A DNA stretch of 53,921 nucleotides from Bryobacterales bacterium (GCA_027450225.1 DAIDJK010000144.1:1-53921); one strand, 5' to 3'; counted from the stretch's first letter, positions 9,157 to 17,834 are shown. Numbers and translations: made by a program. Notes: generated from the letters alone by a model not told the origin.

Positions 9157-9831
9157 ATGCTGAGCATACTCGTGATCGATGACGATGAAAATCTTCGCGA
9201 CACCATCGCGGTTCTGCTCGAACGGGAAGGATTCAAGGCCATTCTTGCGCCCGATGGCAGGAGCGGGCTCGACCTTGCGATCACTGTTCGGCCCAGCCTG
9301 ATCCTTGCCGACCTGAGACTGCCCGATGTCAGCGGGTTCGAGGTCTGCAGACGGCTGCGGGCCTCGGCAAACCAGACGCCGATTATCGTTCTGAGCGCCG
9401 CTGGAGAGGAGATCGACAAAGTTCTGCTGCTCGAAAGCGGCGCCGACGATTACGTTGTAAAGCCTTTCGGCGCGCGCGAACTGCTGGCGCGCATCCGGGC
9501 CGTGCTGCGCCGCATGGGTCCGGAAGCGGAACGGATCATCGGCTTTTCCGACGTGCAGGTGAATCTGGAGCGGCGCCTGGTGACCCGAAAAGGACAGGAA
9601 GTGAAGTTTACTCCCGCTGAATACAACCTGCTGACGTTCTTTCTGCATAATCCGGATCGCCCGCTGTCCCGCGATCTGATTCTCAGTTCGGTGTGGGGCT
9701 ACGAATCCTTTCCCAACACGCGCACGGTGGATGCGCATGTGGTCCGGCTGCGACAAAAGCTGGAACTCGACCCGAACTGCCCGCGGCACTTTATCACGCT
9801 GCACAAGGTGGGTTATCGCTTCCTGCCATGA
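9157..9831 (+). CDS. OmpR/PhoB-family response regulator (receiver plus winged-helix DNA-binding domain)
   Basis: I start it at MLSILVIDDDENLRD (ATG 9157). It has the receiver Asp (LILADLRLPD) and the K in VVKPF. The C-terminal winged helix reads FTPAEYNLLTFFLHNPDRPLSRDLIL..VWG......RTVDAHVVRLRQKLE. Confidence 0.9.
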   Translation: MLSILVIDDDENLRDTIAVLLEREGFKAILAPDGRSGLDLAITVRPSLILADLRLPDVSGFEVCRRLRASANQTPIIVLSAAGEEIDKVLLLESGADDYVVKPFGARELLARIRAVLRRMGPEAERIIGFSDVQVNLERRLVTRKGQEVKFTPAEYNLLTFFLHNPDRPLSRDLILSSVWGYESFPNTRTVDAHVVRLRQKLELDPNCPRHFITLHKVGYRFLP

Positions 9832-10211
9832 CCGCCTTGCGCAGGCTGGTGATCATCGTGGAAGACAGCAGCGACTGCGCCGAGACGCTGCAGATTGCGC
9901 TCGAGGCTGTGGCCGGGGTCGAAGTGCTGGTGTGTCTGAACGAGCGCGGCGTGTGGCCCATGCTCGAGCAGCACGCGGCCCGAATCGCGGCGGTGATTAC
10001 GGATCTGCATCTGGTTTCGTCGGACGGATTCAAGCTGATTCGCCGGCTGCGCTCGGATGAGCGGTTTGCGCGCGTTCCGGTGCTGCTTGTCAGCGGCGAC
10101 AGCGACCCTTCGACCGGCTCCATTGCGCTGGCATCCGGGGCGGACGCGTACTTCTCAAAACCGTATTCGCCCTCGGCGGTGCGGAAGAAACTGGAGGAGC
10201 TGCTTTGCTGA
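9828..10211 (+). CDS. Stand-alone CheY-like receiver protein
   Basis: I start it at MTALRRLVIIVEDSSD (ATG 9828), which makes an ATGA overlap with the upstream RR stop. Receiver motifs ITDLHL and YFSKPY are present. There is no output domain. Confidence 0.85.
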   Translation: MTALRRLVIIVEDSSDCAETLQIALEAVAGVEVLVCLNERGVWPMLEQHAARIAAVITDLHLVSSDGFKLIRRLRSDERFARVPVLLVSGDSDPSTGSIALASGADAYFSKPYSPSAVRKKLEELLC

Positions 10212-11584
10212 AGCCAATTCACCTTTGCGGTCTCGCCGTTGTGTTCACGCTGGCGGCTCAGGCGCAAGATCCGCCTCAACCGCCTGCCGGGGCGACGGAT
10301 TCGAAGGCAATACTGCAGCGCCTCGACCGGCTGGAAGCCGAGAACAGGCGAATGGCTGACGAGATTGCGGAACTGAAGCGGGAACTGGCTCATGCTCGAG
10401 CGCCTGAGCCGCCGCCGGCGGCTCCTTCCGGGCCTGCGGACACGGACCTCGCCGACCGCATGGCCGTTCAGGAAACACGCACGGCGGAACTCGATCAGAA
10501 AAAGGTCGAATCGTCCCAAAAAATGCCACTCGAGATTACCGGGATGCTGCTTTTCAACGCCTTTCACAACGGCGAGTACGCAGGTTCTTCGCTGAACGAT
10601 CCGGTGACCGCGAGCGCGGCGGCGGGCCAGCGTCTCGATGGCGCCACATTCCGCCAGACGGTGCTGGGGCTCGAGTTCTTCGGTCCGTCGCTTCCCGGCG
10701 GCGGGAAGGCATCCGGATCGGTCTATATGGATTTTTTCGCCGGGAGCATCGCGCCAGCCAATAACCTGCTGCACCTGCGTCTTGCCACGCTCGATCTGGC
10801 GTGGAAAAACACGACGGTCACCGTGGGGCAGGATAAGCCGATCATCGCGCCGCGGGAGCCAACGTCGCTCGCGCAGGTGGGAGTCTCCCCGCTTACCGGC
10901 GCAGGAAATCTCTGGCAATGGCAGCCGCAAGCGCGGATCGAGCAGCGGTGGCAGCTTGGCGCTACCAGCGATCTGCGGGCCCAGGCGGGCATTTTCGAAA
11001 GCAATGAAACCGCCAACAGCGTGCCCGCCGTCTATGCGAACACGCTTGGAGTCTGGCGCCCCGCTTATGAAACGCGCGTGCAGTACGGATATACCCACGG
11101 ACAGTCGCGATTCGAAATCGCTCCGGGCTATCATGCCGGTTCATCGCGGATTGCGGGCCAGTCCGTCGCCTCGCGGGCCGTTTCTCTCGATTGGCTGGCG
11201 CGCCCGGTATCGCGCGTGGATTTCACCGGCGCGTGGTTCGATGGCCGCAATCTCGCGGGGCTGGGCGCGCTGCGGCAGGGATTCACAATTCTCCCCTCCG
11301 GCGCGGCCATTCCCGTACACAGCGTCGGTGGATGGGGGCAGATCAGCGTCAGCGCGACATCGCGGCTCTCTTTCCACTTTTTCAGCGGAACCGAGCATGA
11401 CCGCGCGATTGACCTTACCGGCAACGGCATTTCGAGAAACCTGGCGTATGGCGGAAACGCGATGTGGAAGCTGGCGCCGAACGTTGTTGCGGCGTTCGAA
11501 GTCATGCAACTCCGGACGACTTATCTCATCTCCGGAAGGCGGTTGAACGATCATTATGATCTGGCGCTGGCTTATCTCTTTTAG
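10205..11584 (+). CDS. Outer-membrane beta-barrel porin-like protein with N-terminal coiled coil
   Basis: 459 aa from a TTG start overlapping the upstream stop. It has a signal peptide (LCGLAVVFTLAAQAQ) and a coiled-coil segment (LQRLDRLEAENRRMADEIAELKRELAHA). Long alternating beta-strand-like sequence follows, and the C-terminus ...YDLALAYLF ends in the aromatic residue typical of OMPs. Confidence 0.6.
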   Translation: MLKPIHLCGLAVVFTLAAQAQDPPQPPAGATDSKAILQRLDRLEAENRRMADEIAELKRELAHARAPEPPPAAPSGPADTDLADRMAVQETRTAELDQKKVESSQKMPLEITGMLLFNAFHNGEYAGSSLNDPVTASAAAGQRLDGATFRQTVLGLEFFGPSLPGGGKASGSVYMDFFAGSIAPANNLLHLRLATLDLAWKNTTVTVGQDKPIIAPREPTSLAQVGVSPLTGAGNLWQWQPQARIEQRWQLGATSDLRAQAGIFESNETANSVPAVYANTLGVWRPAYETRVQYGYTHGQSRFEIAPGYHAGSSRIAGQSVASRAVSLDWLARPVSRVDFTGAWFDGRNLAGLGALRQGFTILPSGAAIPVHSVGGWGQISVSATSRLSFHFFSGTEHDRAIDLTGNGISRNLAYGGNAMWKLAPNVVAAFEVMQLRTTYLISGRRLNDHYDLALAYLF

Positions 11585-12275
11585 CGCGCTGGGATTGATG
11601 GCGCACTCCTGGGCCACGCTGCCGCTGAGCCGCATCTCGGGCACGGTGTTATTACGGGATTCGCGGGTCGCGGCGGTCGCAAAAGGCGACTATTCCGGAG
11701 TTGTCATTTCCCTTGCGCCTCTGGAAGGAACGCCTGCGCTCACCGCGCGGCGCGCCACCATGCAGCAGAAAGATAAGACGTTCATACCGCACGTGCTGGC
11801 CATTCCGACGGGATCGACCGTCGATTTTCCCAATCTCGATCCCATTTTCCACAACGCTTTTTCAAGCTACAACGGGCAGATCTTCGATGTGGGACTGTAC
11901 GCGCCCGGCACGAGCCGCGCGGTCAGGTTCTCGCGGCCGGGGGTGGTGCGGGTGTTCTGCAATATCCATTCGGCCATGAGCGCGCTGATCGTGGTTCTCG
12001 ATACGCCATGGTTCGCGATCACCGGGCGCGATGGGAGCTTCTCGATTCCGCTTCCGCCGGGCGAATACCGGCTCAGTGTGTTTCACGAGCGCGCTACCGA
12101 GGCCACGCTCGCGGCGCTCGGCCGCAATGTCGCGGTTGGTCCTGAGCCCGGGCGGCTGCGGCCGATCACAATCTCGGAATCCGGTTATCTTTCGATTCCG
12201 CACAAGAACAAGTACGGGCACGATTATCCGCCCGCCGCGGCGAGCGAGTCGCTTTATCCGGGAGCGCGCCAGTGA
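11556..12275 (+). CDS. Periplasmic cupredoxin-like (amicyanin-type ligand set) protein with C-terminal CarboxypepD_reg-like beta-sandwich
   Basis: 239 aa with a signal peptide (LISFSALGLMAHSWA). The cupredoxin core is FIPHVLAIPTGSTVDFPNLDPIFHNAF...GVVRVFCNIHSAMSALIVV, which supplies His, Cys-x2-His-x2-Met. The tail ITGRDGSFSIPLPPGEYRLSVFHE resembles the carboxypeptidase-regulatory fold. It overlaps the porin gene by 29 nt and the kinase gene by 4 nt (GTGA). Confidence 0.7.
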   Translation: MIWRWLISFSALGLMAHSWATLPLSRISGTVLLRDSRVAAVAKGDYSGVVISLAPLEGTPALTARRATMQQKDKTFIPHVLAIPTGSTVDFPNLDPIFHNAFSSYNGQIFDVGLYAPGTSRAVRFSRPGVVRVFCNIHSAMSALIVVLDTPWFAITGRDGSFSIPLPPGEYRLSVFHERATEATLAALGRNVAVGPEPGRLRPITISESGYLSIPHKNKYGHDYPPAAASESLYPGARQ

Positions 12276-14095
12276 AACCGGGCTTCCCTGCCGGACCGTC
12301 GCTGCTCTGGAAACTGCTGCTCTCGACGGCCCTTATCATCACGCTGGTGTTTGCGGCTACGGCGTGGTTCGTGGAAGACGAGACGCTGCGGGCGATGAAC
12401 GCCGATCTGCAAATCGGCATGCGCGCCGGGTTTCGAGCGTATGAATCGCTCTGGAAGGCGCGTTCCGACAGTTTACGCTCCATCAGCGCCGTGCTGAGCA
12501 ACATGCCGGATGTGCGGGCGGCGTTCCAGACGGGCGATGGAGCGACGATACGCGACAGCGCGGCCGAGATATGGTCGAAGGCATCGCAGTCGGATGCATT
12601 CTTTGTAGTTACCGATCCCGGCGGCCGTGTGATCGCCTCACTCGGAGGACCGGCGAGCAGCGGCGATCTCGATATCGTCAAGGCCGCGGCGAAGCGCTTT
12701 CCGGCGCAGTCGGCGGGATTCTCCGTACTGAGCGGAAATCTTTTCGAACTGGTGATCACGCCGGTTTACGTGCAGAGCGGGCTGGAAGGAACGAGTCTGC
12801 TGAATGTGCTGGTGGCGGGGTTTCTGGTGGATCAGCCGCTGGCTGACGATCTGAAACGGCGGACGGCCGGCAGCGATTTCGTTTTTCGCGCGAAGGGTAT
12901 CGCGGTGATTTCCACGTTGCCCCGCGCCGCGACGCAGGCGATTGCAACGCGATCGTGGGACCAGCGCGATCCGCGGCGTATCGATGTTCCGGGCGGCGCA
13001 TTCGCGGTACTCTCGAATCCGCTCGCCGATATCAGCGGCAGGGCGATCGGCGACGTGCTTATGGTCCGCAGCTATGCGCCGGTGCTCAACAGCATCGCGA
13101 GGCTGCAGCGGCATTTCATCTGGATCTGGGGTACGGCGATCCTCGCTGCGGCGCTGATGAGTTCACTGATCGCCCGCCGCATTCTGCGGCCGGTACAGGA
13201 TCTCGACCGCGCCGCTTCGCGCATCGCGGATCAGGACTATACGGTGCGCGTGCCTGAATCCGGGAATGACGAACTCGGGCGGCTGGCCCGTACGTTCAAT
13301 CAGATGAGCGCGTCCATCCGGCAGGCAAGCGAGGAACTGATTCGCCAGGAGCGGCTGAACACCATAGGCCGGCTTGCCGGGTCCATCGTGCACGATCTGC
13401 GCAATCCTCTCGCGTCGATTTATGGGGGCGCCGAGATGCTGGTGGATGGCGAACTGAATGAACAGCAGACGCAACGCGTGGCCCGCAACATCTATCGATC
13501 GTCTCGCGTGATCAACGAACTTCTGCAGGAACTGGCCGAGGTTTCGCGCGGCAGGATGCAGGCGCCGGAAGTATGTCCGCTCGGGGAAATCGCCGCTGCG
13601 TCGGTGGCCGCGCAGGAGGCCTTCGCCGAGCAACAGAATGTGACCATCCGGGTGGACATTCCCGGCGGTCTGGAAGTTCTGGTGGAACGCGGACGCATGG
13701 AGCGAGTATTCATCAATCTGATCGGCAACGCGGTGGAGGCGATGTCTGACGGCGGCGCGATTCGGATTGCCGCGGAACGGGACGGCGAGAGCGTTGTGAC
13801 GAGGATTCGGGATAGCGGACCCGGCATTCCGCGCGACATCCGCAGCCGTCTTTTCCAGCCGTTCGTGAGCGGGGGAGGAAACGGGCTTGGTCTGGGGCTG
13901 GCGCTGGCGCGCCAGACGGTTCGCGCGCACGGCGGCGATCTGTGGCTAACGCAGGATTCCGAGCCCGGCGCGTGTTTTTGCCTGCGCCTGCCACTGGCGC
14001 GCGCCGAACGAAGCACGCACGGCGAGCCGCCCGCGCGAGATAGTTTATTGGAAGCCTCCAGGGTGGCGCACCCCGGAGGTCCGATAGAGTTGTAA
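12272..14095 (+). CDS. Sensor histidine kinase (two TM helices, about 270-aa periplasmic sensor region, HAMP, HisKA, HATPase_c)
   Basis: 607 aa with TM1 LLWKLLLSTALIITLVFAATAWF and TM2 IWIWGTAILAAALMSSLIA. HAMP region: RPVQDLDRAASRIA...GRLARTFNQM. H-box: SIVHDLRNPLASIYG. ATP-binding boxes: NLIGNAVEAM, DSGPGIP, GNGLGLGLALAR. Confidence 0.9.
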   Translation: MKPGFPAGPSLLWKLLLSTALIITLVFAATAWFVEDETLRAMNADLQIGMRAGFRAYESLWKARSDSLRSISAVLSNMPDVRAAFQTGDGATIRDSAAEIWSKASQSDAFFVVTDPGGRVIASLGGPASSGDLDIVKAAAKRFPAQSAGFSVLSGNLFELVITPVYVQSGLEGTSLLNVLVAGFLVDQPLADDLKRRTAGSDFVFRAKGIAVISTLPRAATQAIATRSWDQRDPRRIDVPGGAFAVLSNPLADISGRAIGDVLMVRSYAPVLNSIARLQRHFIWIWGTAILAAALMSSLIARRILRPVQDLDRAASRIADQDYTVRVPESGNDELGRLARTFNQMSASIRQASEELIRQERLNTIGRLAGSIVHDLRNPLASIYGGAEMLVDGELNEQQTQRVARNIYRSSRVINELLQELAEVSRGRMQAPEVCPLGEIAAASVAAQEAFAEQQNVTIRVDIPGGLEVLVERGRMERVFINLIGNAVEAMSDGGAIRIAAERDGESVVTRIRDSGPGIPRDIRSRLFQPFVSGGGNGLGLGLALARQTVRAHGGDLWLTQDSEPGACFCLRLPLARAERSTHGEPPARDSLLEASRVAHPGGPIEL

Positions 14096-14150
14096 ATATT
14101 TTGTTCCCGAGTGACACGATTTGTAGTCCAGCATCGAAGGAGTAATTCGA

Positions 14151-15983
14151 ATGTCAGAAGCCCGCGCGATCCCGCGTCGTCTCGCAGCAATTTTCTTTGT
14201 CGCCCTGACCGGAGCCGCAGTTCTCTCCGCTCAGTCCGGCTCGTCCAACAGTTTCATCGTTCACAAGCTTGTTTCCGACCTGCCCGGAGTGGCCGACCAT
14301 CAGGACCCCAAGCTCATCAACCCGTGGGGTAACGGTTTCGGGTCCACTCCCTTCTGGGTCGGAAATAACGGTTCCGGCACGTCGACGCTCTACGATGGCT
14401 ACGGTACTCCCAGTACGCTCGTTGTGAACATTCCCGCGGCGGGGGGCTCCCCGACAGGCGGACCCGTAACCGGCGTTATCTTCAATGGCTTCAATTCGAA
14501 CACCGCAGCGATGAATGTGGCCTCTGGCAAAGCGGCGATTTTCATTTTCTGCTCGCTCGATGGACTGATCACCGGATGGAATTCCTCCGTCAATGCGACC
14601 GAGGCGGTGGTCATGATCGACAATTCGAAATCCGGCGCGGTCTACACGGGTTGCGCGCTCGGCGGCACGTCCTCGGCGCCGCTGCTGTTTGCGGCGAACT
14701 TCAACAAGGGTACGGTTGACGTTTTCAACGGCAGCCTCGCGCCCGTTACCGGTTCGACGACGGCATTCGTCAATCCCGCCGTTCCCGCCGGTTATGCGCC
14801 CTATAACGTTCAGGTGATGAACGGCAATGTGGCGGTGACATGGGCGAAACAGGACGCCTCGAAGAAGAGCGCCGTGCCGGGCGCAGGCAACGGTTATGTT
14901 GCGCTGTTCGACATGTCGGGTAACCTGCTGGCCAGCCTTACCGGCCAGGGCGCCTTGAACGCGCCGTGGGGCATGGCGATCGCGCCTGCCAGCTTCGGTC
15001 CGTTTGGCGGCGATCTTCTGGTCGGCAACTTCGGCGACGGCAAGATCAACGCTTACAGCCTTCTTGGCGGCGGCTATGTCGGAACTCTGAACGACACCAC
15101 CGGCGCTCCCATCGTAGAACAGGGTCTCTGGGATATCGCCTTCGGCAGCGGGGCGCGCAATGAAGACGCCGGAACGCTCTACTTCACCGCGGGACCCGGC
15201 GGCGGGCCCAATAACGACCCCATCCAATCGCATGGCCTGCTCGGCAGTATTCAGGCCGCGCCCTGGTTCGCGGCCACCGGCATTCAGAACGCGGCCAGTT
15301 TCCTCTCCGGACCCATCGCGCCAAATGAGTGGGTATCGATCTTCGGTTCCGGCCTTGCCCAGACTACAGGGACCTGGCAGGTCTCCGGTTCCCAGTTGCC
15401 CACCACGATCAACGGCGTCACCGTGACGGTGAACGGAGAAGCCGCGCCCATCAGCTTCCTCGGCAATTCCCAGGTGAACGTTCTGATCCCCGCGGATATT
15501 CAGCCAGGAACCGCCCAGGTTCAGCTCAAGGGCGCGTTGAACGGACCCACCGTGAGCGTCAACGTCGAGTCCATGGCGCCGGCGTTCTTCACGATCGGAA
15601 CCAACGCGACCACTGGCGCGAAGTACGTAGCGGCGACCCACGCGAATGGCACTCTGATCGGGCCCTCGGCGACGATCAAGACCGCGACGCCCGCCAAACC
15701 GGGCGAAACCATCGTCCTTTATGGCACCGGGTTCGGCCCGGCCAGTTCGCAGATCCCCAACGGCCAGGCGATCACGACTCCGATCGCCTTGCCGGAGATG
15801 CCGACGGTGCTGATCGATGGAGCGCTTGCGACCGTAAACTACGCCGGTCTCACAGGTACGGGGCTTTATCAGTTCAACGTAGTGGTGCCCTCGACCGCGC
15901 AGACCGGCGACGATCTGGTGGTCGCGATCCTGGGCAACTCGCTGACGCAGATGAACGCGTATCTGACGATCGCCACGCAGTAG
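14151..15983 (+). CDS. Secreted TIGR03118-family (beta-propeller-like) protein fused to TIGR03437-type C-terminal Ig-like module
   Basis: 610 aa, with AAGGAG at 14137-14142 lying 8 nt before the ATG. Signal peptide: IFFVALTGAAVLSAQS. The N-terminal motif HKLVSDLPGVADHQDPKLINPWGNGFGSTPFWVGNNGSGTSTLYDG is characteristic of TIGR03118. The C-terminus reads WVSIFGSGLA...QVNVLIP...GLTGTGLYQFNVVVPSTAQTGDDLVV. Confidence 0.8.
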   Translation: MSEARAIPRRLAAIFFVALTGAAVLSAQSGSSNSFIVHKLVSDLPGVADHQDPKLINPWGNGFGSTPFWVGNNGSGTSTLYDGYGTPSTLVVNIPAAGGSPTGGPVTGVIFNGFNSNTAAMNVASGKAAIFIFCSLDGLITGWNSSVNATEAVVMIDNSKSGAVYTGCALGGTSSAPLLFAANFNKGTVDVFNGSLAPVTGSTTAFVNPAVPAGYAPYNVQVMNGNVAVTWAKQDASKKSAVPGAGNGYVALFDMSGNLLASLTGQGALNAPWGMAIAPASFGPFGGDLLVGNFGDGKINAYSLLGGGYVGTLNDTTGAPIVEQGLWDIAFGSGARNEDAGTLYFTAGPGGGPNNDPIQSHGLLGSIQAAPWFAATGIQNAASFLSGPIAPNEWVSIFGSGLAQTTGTWQVSGSQLPTTINGVTVTVNGEAAPISFLGNSQVNVLIPADIQPGTAQVQLKGALNGPTVSVNVESMAPAFFTIGTNATTGAKYVAATHANGTLIGPSATIKTATPAKPGETIVLYGTGFGPASSQIPNGQAITTPIALPEMPTVLIDGALATVNYAGLTGTGLYQFNVVVPSTAQTGDDLVVAILGNSLTQMNAYLTIATQ

Positions 15984-15990
15984 CAACCAG

Positions 15991-16020
15991 CGGGACAGGC
16001 TCTCTCGGGGGCCTGTCCCG
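15991..16020 (+). terminator. Stem-loop (10-bp perfect GC-rich stem) closing the 7731-15983 + strand array
   Basis: CGGGACAGGC (15991-16000), loop tctctcgggg, then GCCTGTCCCG (16011-16020). It starts 8 nt after the TAG stop and is followed by aatcttcatcc, which is only a weak T-tract. Confidence 0.5.
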
Positions 16021-16048
16021 AATCTTCATCCGGCGCCCCGCCTCCGAA

Positions 16049-16078
16049 TTTACAACCCGTTTACAACTTGCCCACAAC
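16049..16078 (+). promoter_or_regulatory. Three direct ACAAC repeats at 11-bp phasing upstream of the ECF sigma gene
   Basis: The sequence is tttACAACccgtttACAACttgcccACAAC. The ACAAC copies sit at 16052-56, 16063-67 and 16074-78, and the first two copies share the 8-mer TTTACAAC. The block ends 31 nt before the sigma-factor ATG (16109). Confidence 0.3.
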
Positions 16079-16108
16079 TGAACGACCGATTGTCCCTATG
16101 ATCGGCTC

Positions 16109-16750
16109 ATGCTGGATGGCTGCCCGGAAGTCTCCGTAATCCCCGATGAAGAGCTGATGCTGATACTGCAGCTCACCGGAGATTCCGTTCGCGCCAACGA
16201 AATCTTCGGGGAACTGTTTCGGCGTTATCACGCCCGCGTGGCGTCCTGGTGCGGGCGTCTGGTGCACGATTCTTCCTGTGGAATGGATCTGGCGCAGGAG
16301 GTCTTTCTCAAAGCCTGGCGTCACCGCCACACCTTTCGCGGCGATTCGCGCATTTGTACGTGGCTCTACGCGATTTCGCGCAATCACTGCCTGAACTTCA
16401 TCCGGAGGATCGAGGCAGACCCGCTCGCCCGCGTCGAAGCTTTTCCGTCCGATCTCGCGGACCGTTCGAGCAACATACACGCCAGCGTGGAGAACGCGCA
16501 GGCATTCCGATTTCTTTGGGCGCTGCTGGAAAAGAGCCTGACCGATATGGAAAAGCGAGTCATGGCGCTTCATTTCGGACACGGTATGACCCTTGATGCG
16601 ATTACGTGTTCCTGTGGACTGACCAATCCGAGTGGAGCGAAAGCGTACATTGTGAATGCCAGACGGAAGCTTCGCCGCGTGATGGCCGCCAGCAGAAAAG
16701 TAGCTGTGTTGCCGAATGCGCACGCAAAAGTACAAAGCCGCGCTGCGTGA
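16109..16750 (+). CDS. ECF-type RNA polymerase sigma-70 family factor
   Basis: 213 aa. Region 2 reads FGELFRRYHARVASWCGRLV...AQEVFLKAWRHRHTFRGDSRICTWLYAISRNHCLNFIRR. Region 4 reads LTDMEKRVMALHFGHGMTLDAITCSCGL...GAKAYIVNARRKLRR. Confidence 0.85.
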   Translation: MLDGCPEVSVIPDEELMLILQLTGDSVRANEIFGELFRRYHARVASWCGRLVHDSSCGMDLAQEVFLKAWRHRHTFRGDSRICTWLYAISRNHCLNFIRRIEADPLARVEAFPSDLADRSSNIHASVENAQAFRFLWALLEKSLTDMEKRVMALHFGHGMTLDAITCSCGLTNPSGAKAYIVNARRKLRRVMAASRKVAVLPNAHAKVQSRAA

Positions 16751-16825
16751 TGTTATCCCCTTAACGTGGGACGTCGCCCTGGCCTGGCGCCCTGCTTGCG
16801 TTGTATGATTTAGGCGCATCACGTA

Positions 16826-17170
16826 ATGCGACACACGGAATCCATCCCAGGTACGGAAGCAGGACCGGCAGGGGCATCTCAGCGGGCGTCCCACGAAACT
16901 GCGCTCCTGCATGATCTTGCGCGGGAGTGGCGGCGGAACCTTTCGCGGGCTCGCGAGGCGCTTCCGTTTCGGAAACGGGACGGGGTACCCCCAGCCGGCT
17001 GGACCGACATCCGGCATTCCGTTTCCCCGGTGGATGCCGTCGCGCCGGACCGTACTGAACCCGGGCGGCTCAACCGCGCGGTAGAAAAAGTCAAATGGAT
17101 CGGGCTCACCGTGATACCTGTGATTTTCGCGTCGTTGTTTGCGTTCCGATCCAGCAAGTTCCGCGACTGA
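16826..17170 (+). CDS. Hypothetical single-pass membrane protein (possible anti-sigma-like partner; weak call)
   Basis: 114-aa ORF 76 nt downstream of the ECF sigma gene, with a C-terminal hydrophobic helix (WIGLTVIPVIFASLFAF). It has no zinc-finger anti-sigma motif (HxxxCxxC) and no recognisable domain. The region also carries antisense ORFs. Confidence 0.3.
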   Translation: MRHTESIPGTEAGPAGASQRASHETALLHDLAREWRRNLSRAREALPFRKRDGVPPAGWTDIRHSVSPVDAVAPDRTEPGRLNRAVEKVKWIGLTVIPVIFASLFAFRSSKFRD

Positions 17171-17223
17171 TTCCGCGAATGGCGTGCGGCGCGGCAATGT
17201 TACTCTCGTAAAAGCACCTCATA

Positions 17224-17652
17224 ATGGCTCAAACCGATGCAGCGGCGCCTCCGAAGGAAGCCGTTCCTCCGATCAACACATGGATACTGCCAGTGGCGGC
17301 CGCCTGGTTCATTCCCGGCCTCGGGCACTTCCTGCTGGGTAAACGAGGCCGCGCGGCCCTGATTTTCGCCTCCGTCGCGCTGATGTTTCTGTTTGGACTT
17401 TTCATGCGCGGCATGATGTTCACGCCCGAACGCGGCCAGGACTATCTCACCACCCTCATCAACTACGGCGGATTTCTCTGTGATCTGGCCTCCGGCGCGC
17501 TGTACATCTGCGCGTCCGTCTTCGGCTATTCGCAGCCGGATCTTCCCGGAGACGTTCACGACTACGGCGCCAAATTTCTGGTTACGGCCGGTCTGCTGAA
17601 CATTCTGGCGATGGTGGATGTGTACGACATCGCGATCAAAAAGAAAGACTGA
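17224..17652 (+). CDS. Integral membrane protein of unknown function (3-4 TM helices)
   Basis: 142 aa with hydrophobic segments WILPVAAAWFIPGLGHFLLG, AALIFASVALMFLFGLFM, GGFLCDLASGALYICASVF and FLVTAGLLNILAMV. No clear Shine-Dalgarno sequence precedes it. Confidence 0.55.
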   Translation: MAQTDAAAPPKEAVPPINTWILPVAAAWFIPGLGHFLLGKRGRAALIFASVALMFLFGLFMRGMMFTPERGQDYLTTLINYGGFLCDLASGALYICASVFGYSQPDLPGDVHDYGAKFLVTAGLLNILAMVDVYDIAIKKKD

Positions 17653-17834
17653 TGAGAATCAACCTGTCCCACTTCGAGGCCGCGTTCCTTTTCGCTCTGT
17701 TCGCCTCCGTCGTTCTCGGCGTCACTACGAAAAAGACCACTCGTGAGCGCCTTAACTACGGCGCGTACTGTTTCGGCTGTTTCATGCTGGCGCTGTTCGC
17801 GATTGGTTGGGCGATGAAGCTCGGCCACGGCTAA
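17652..17834 (+). CDS. Small two-TM membrane protein
   Basis: 60 aa (FEAAFLFALFASVVLGV ... YCFGCFMLALFAIGWAM). Its ATG overlaps the upstream stop (TGATG), and it ends 65 nt before cydA. Confidence 0.45.
   Translation: MRINLSHFEAAFLFALFASVVLGVTTKKTTRERLNYGAYCFGCFMLALFAIGWAMKLGHG

Noticed and set aside
14154-15986. 610-aa minus-strand ORF that almost exactly mirrors the 14151..15983 + strand gene
   Set aside because: Its translation is Arg/Gly/Asp-rich with no signal or domain pattern. The + strand product has an SD, a signal peptide and TIGR03118 and TIGR03437 motifs. Long antisense shadow ORFs are expected in high-GC DNA.
16061-17197. 378-aa minus-strand ORF spanning the ECF sigma gene and the downstream spacer
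   Set aside because: It overlaps a well-supported sigma-70 family gene on the opposite strand. Its sequence is Arg-rich and motif-free.
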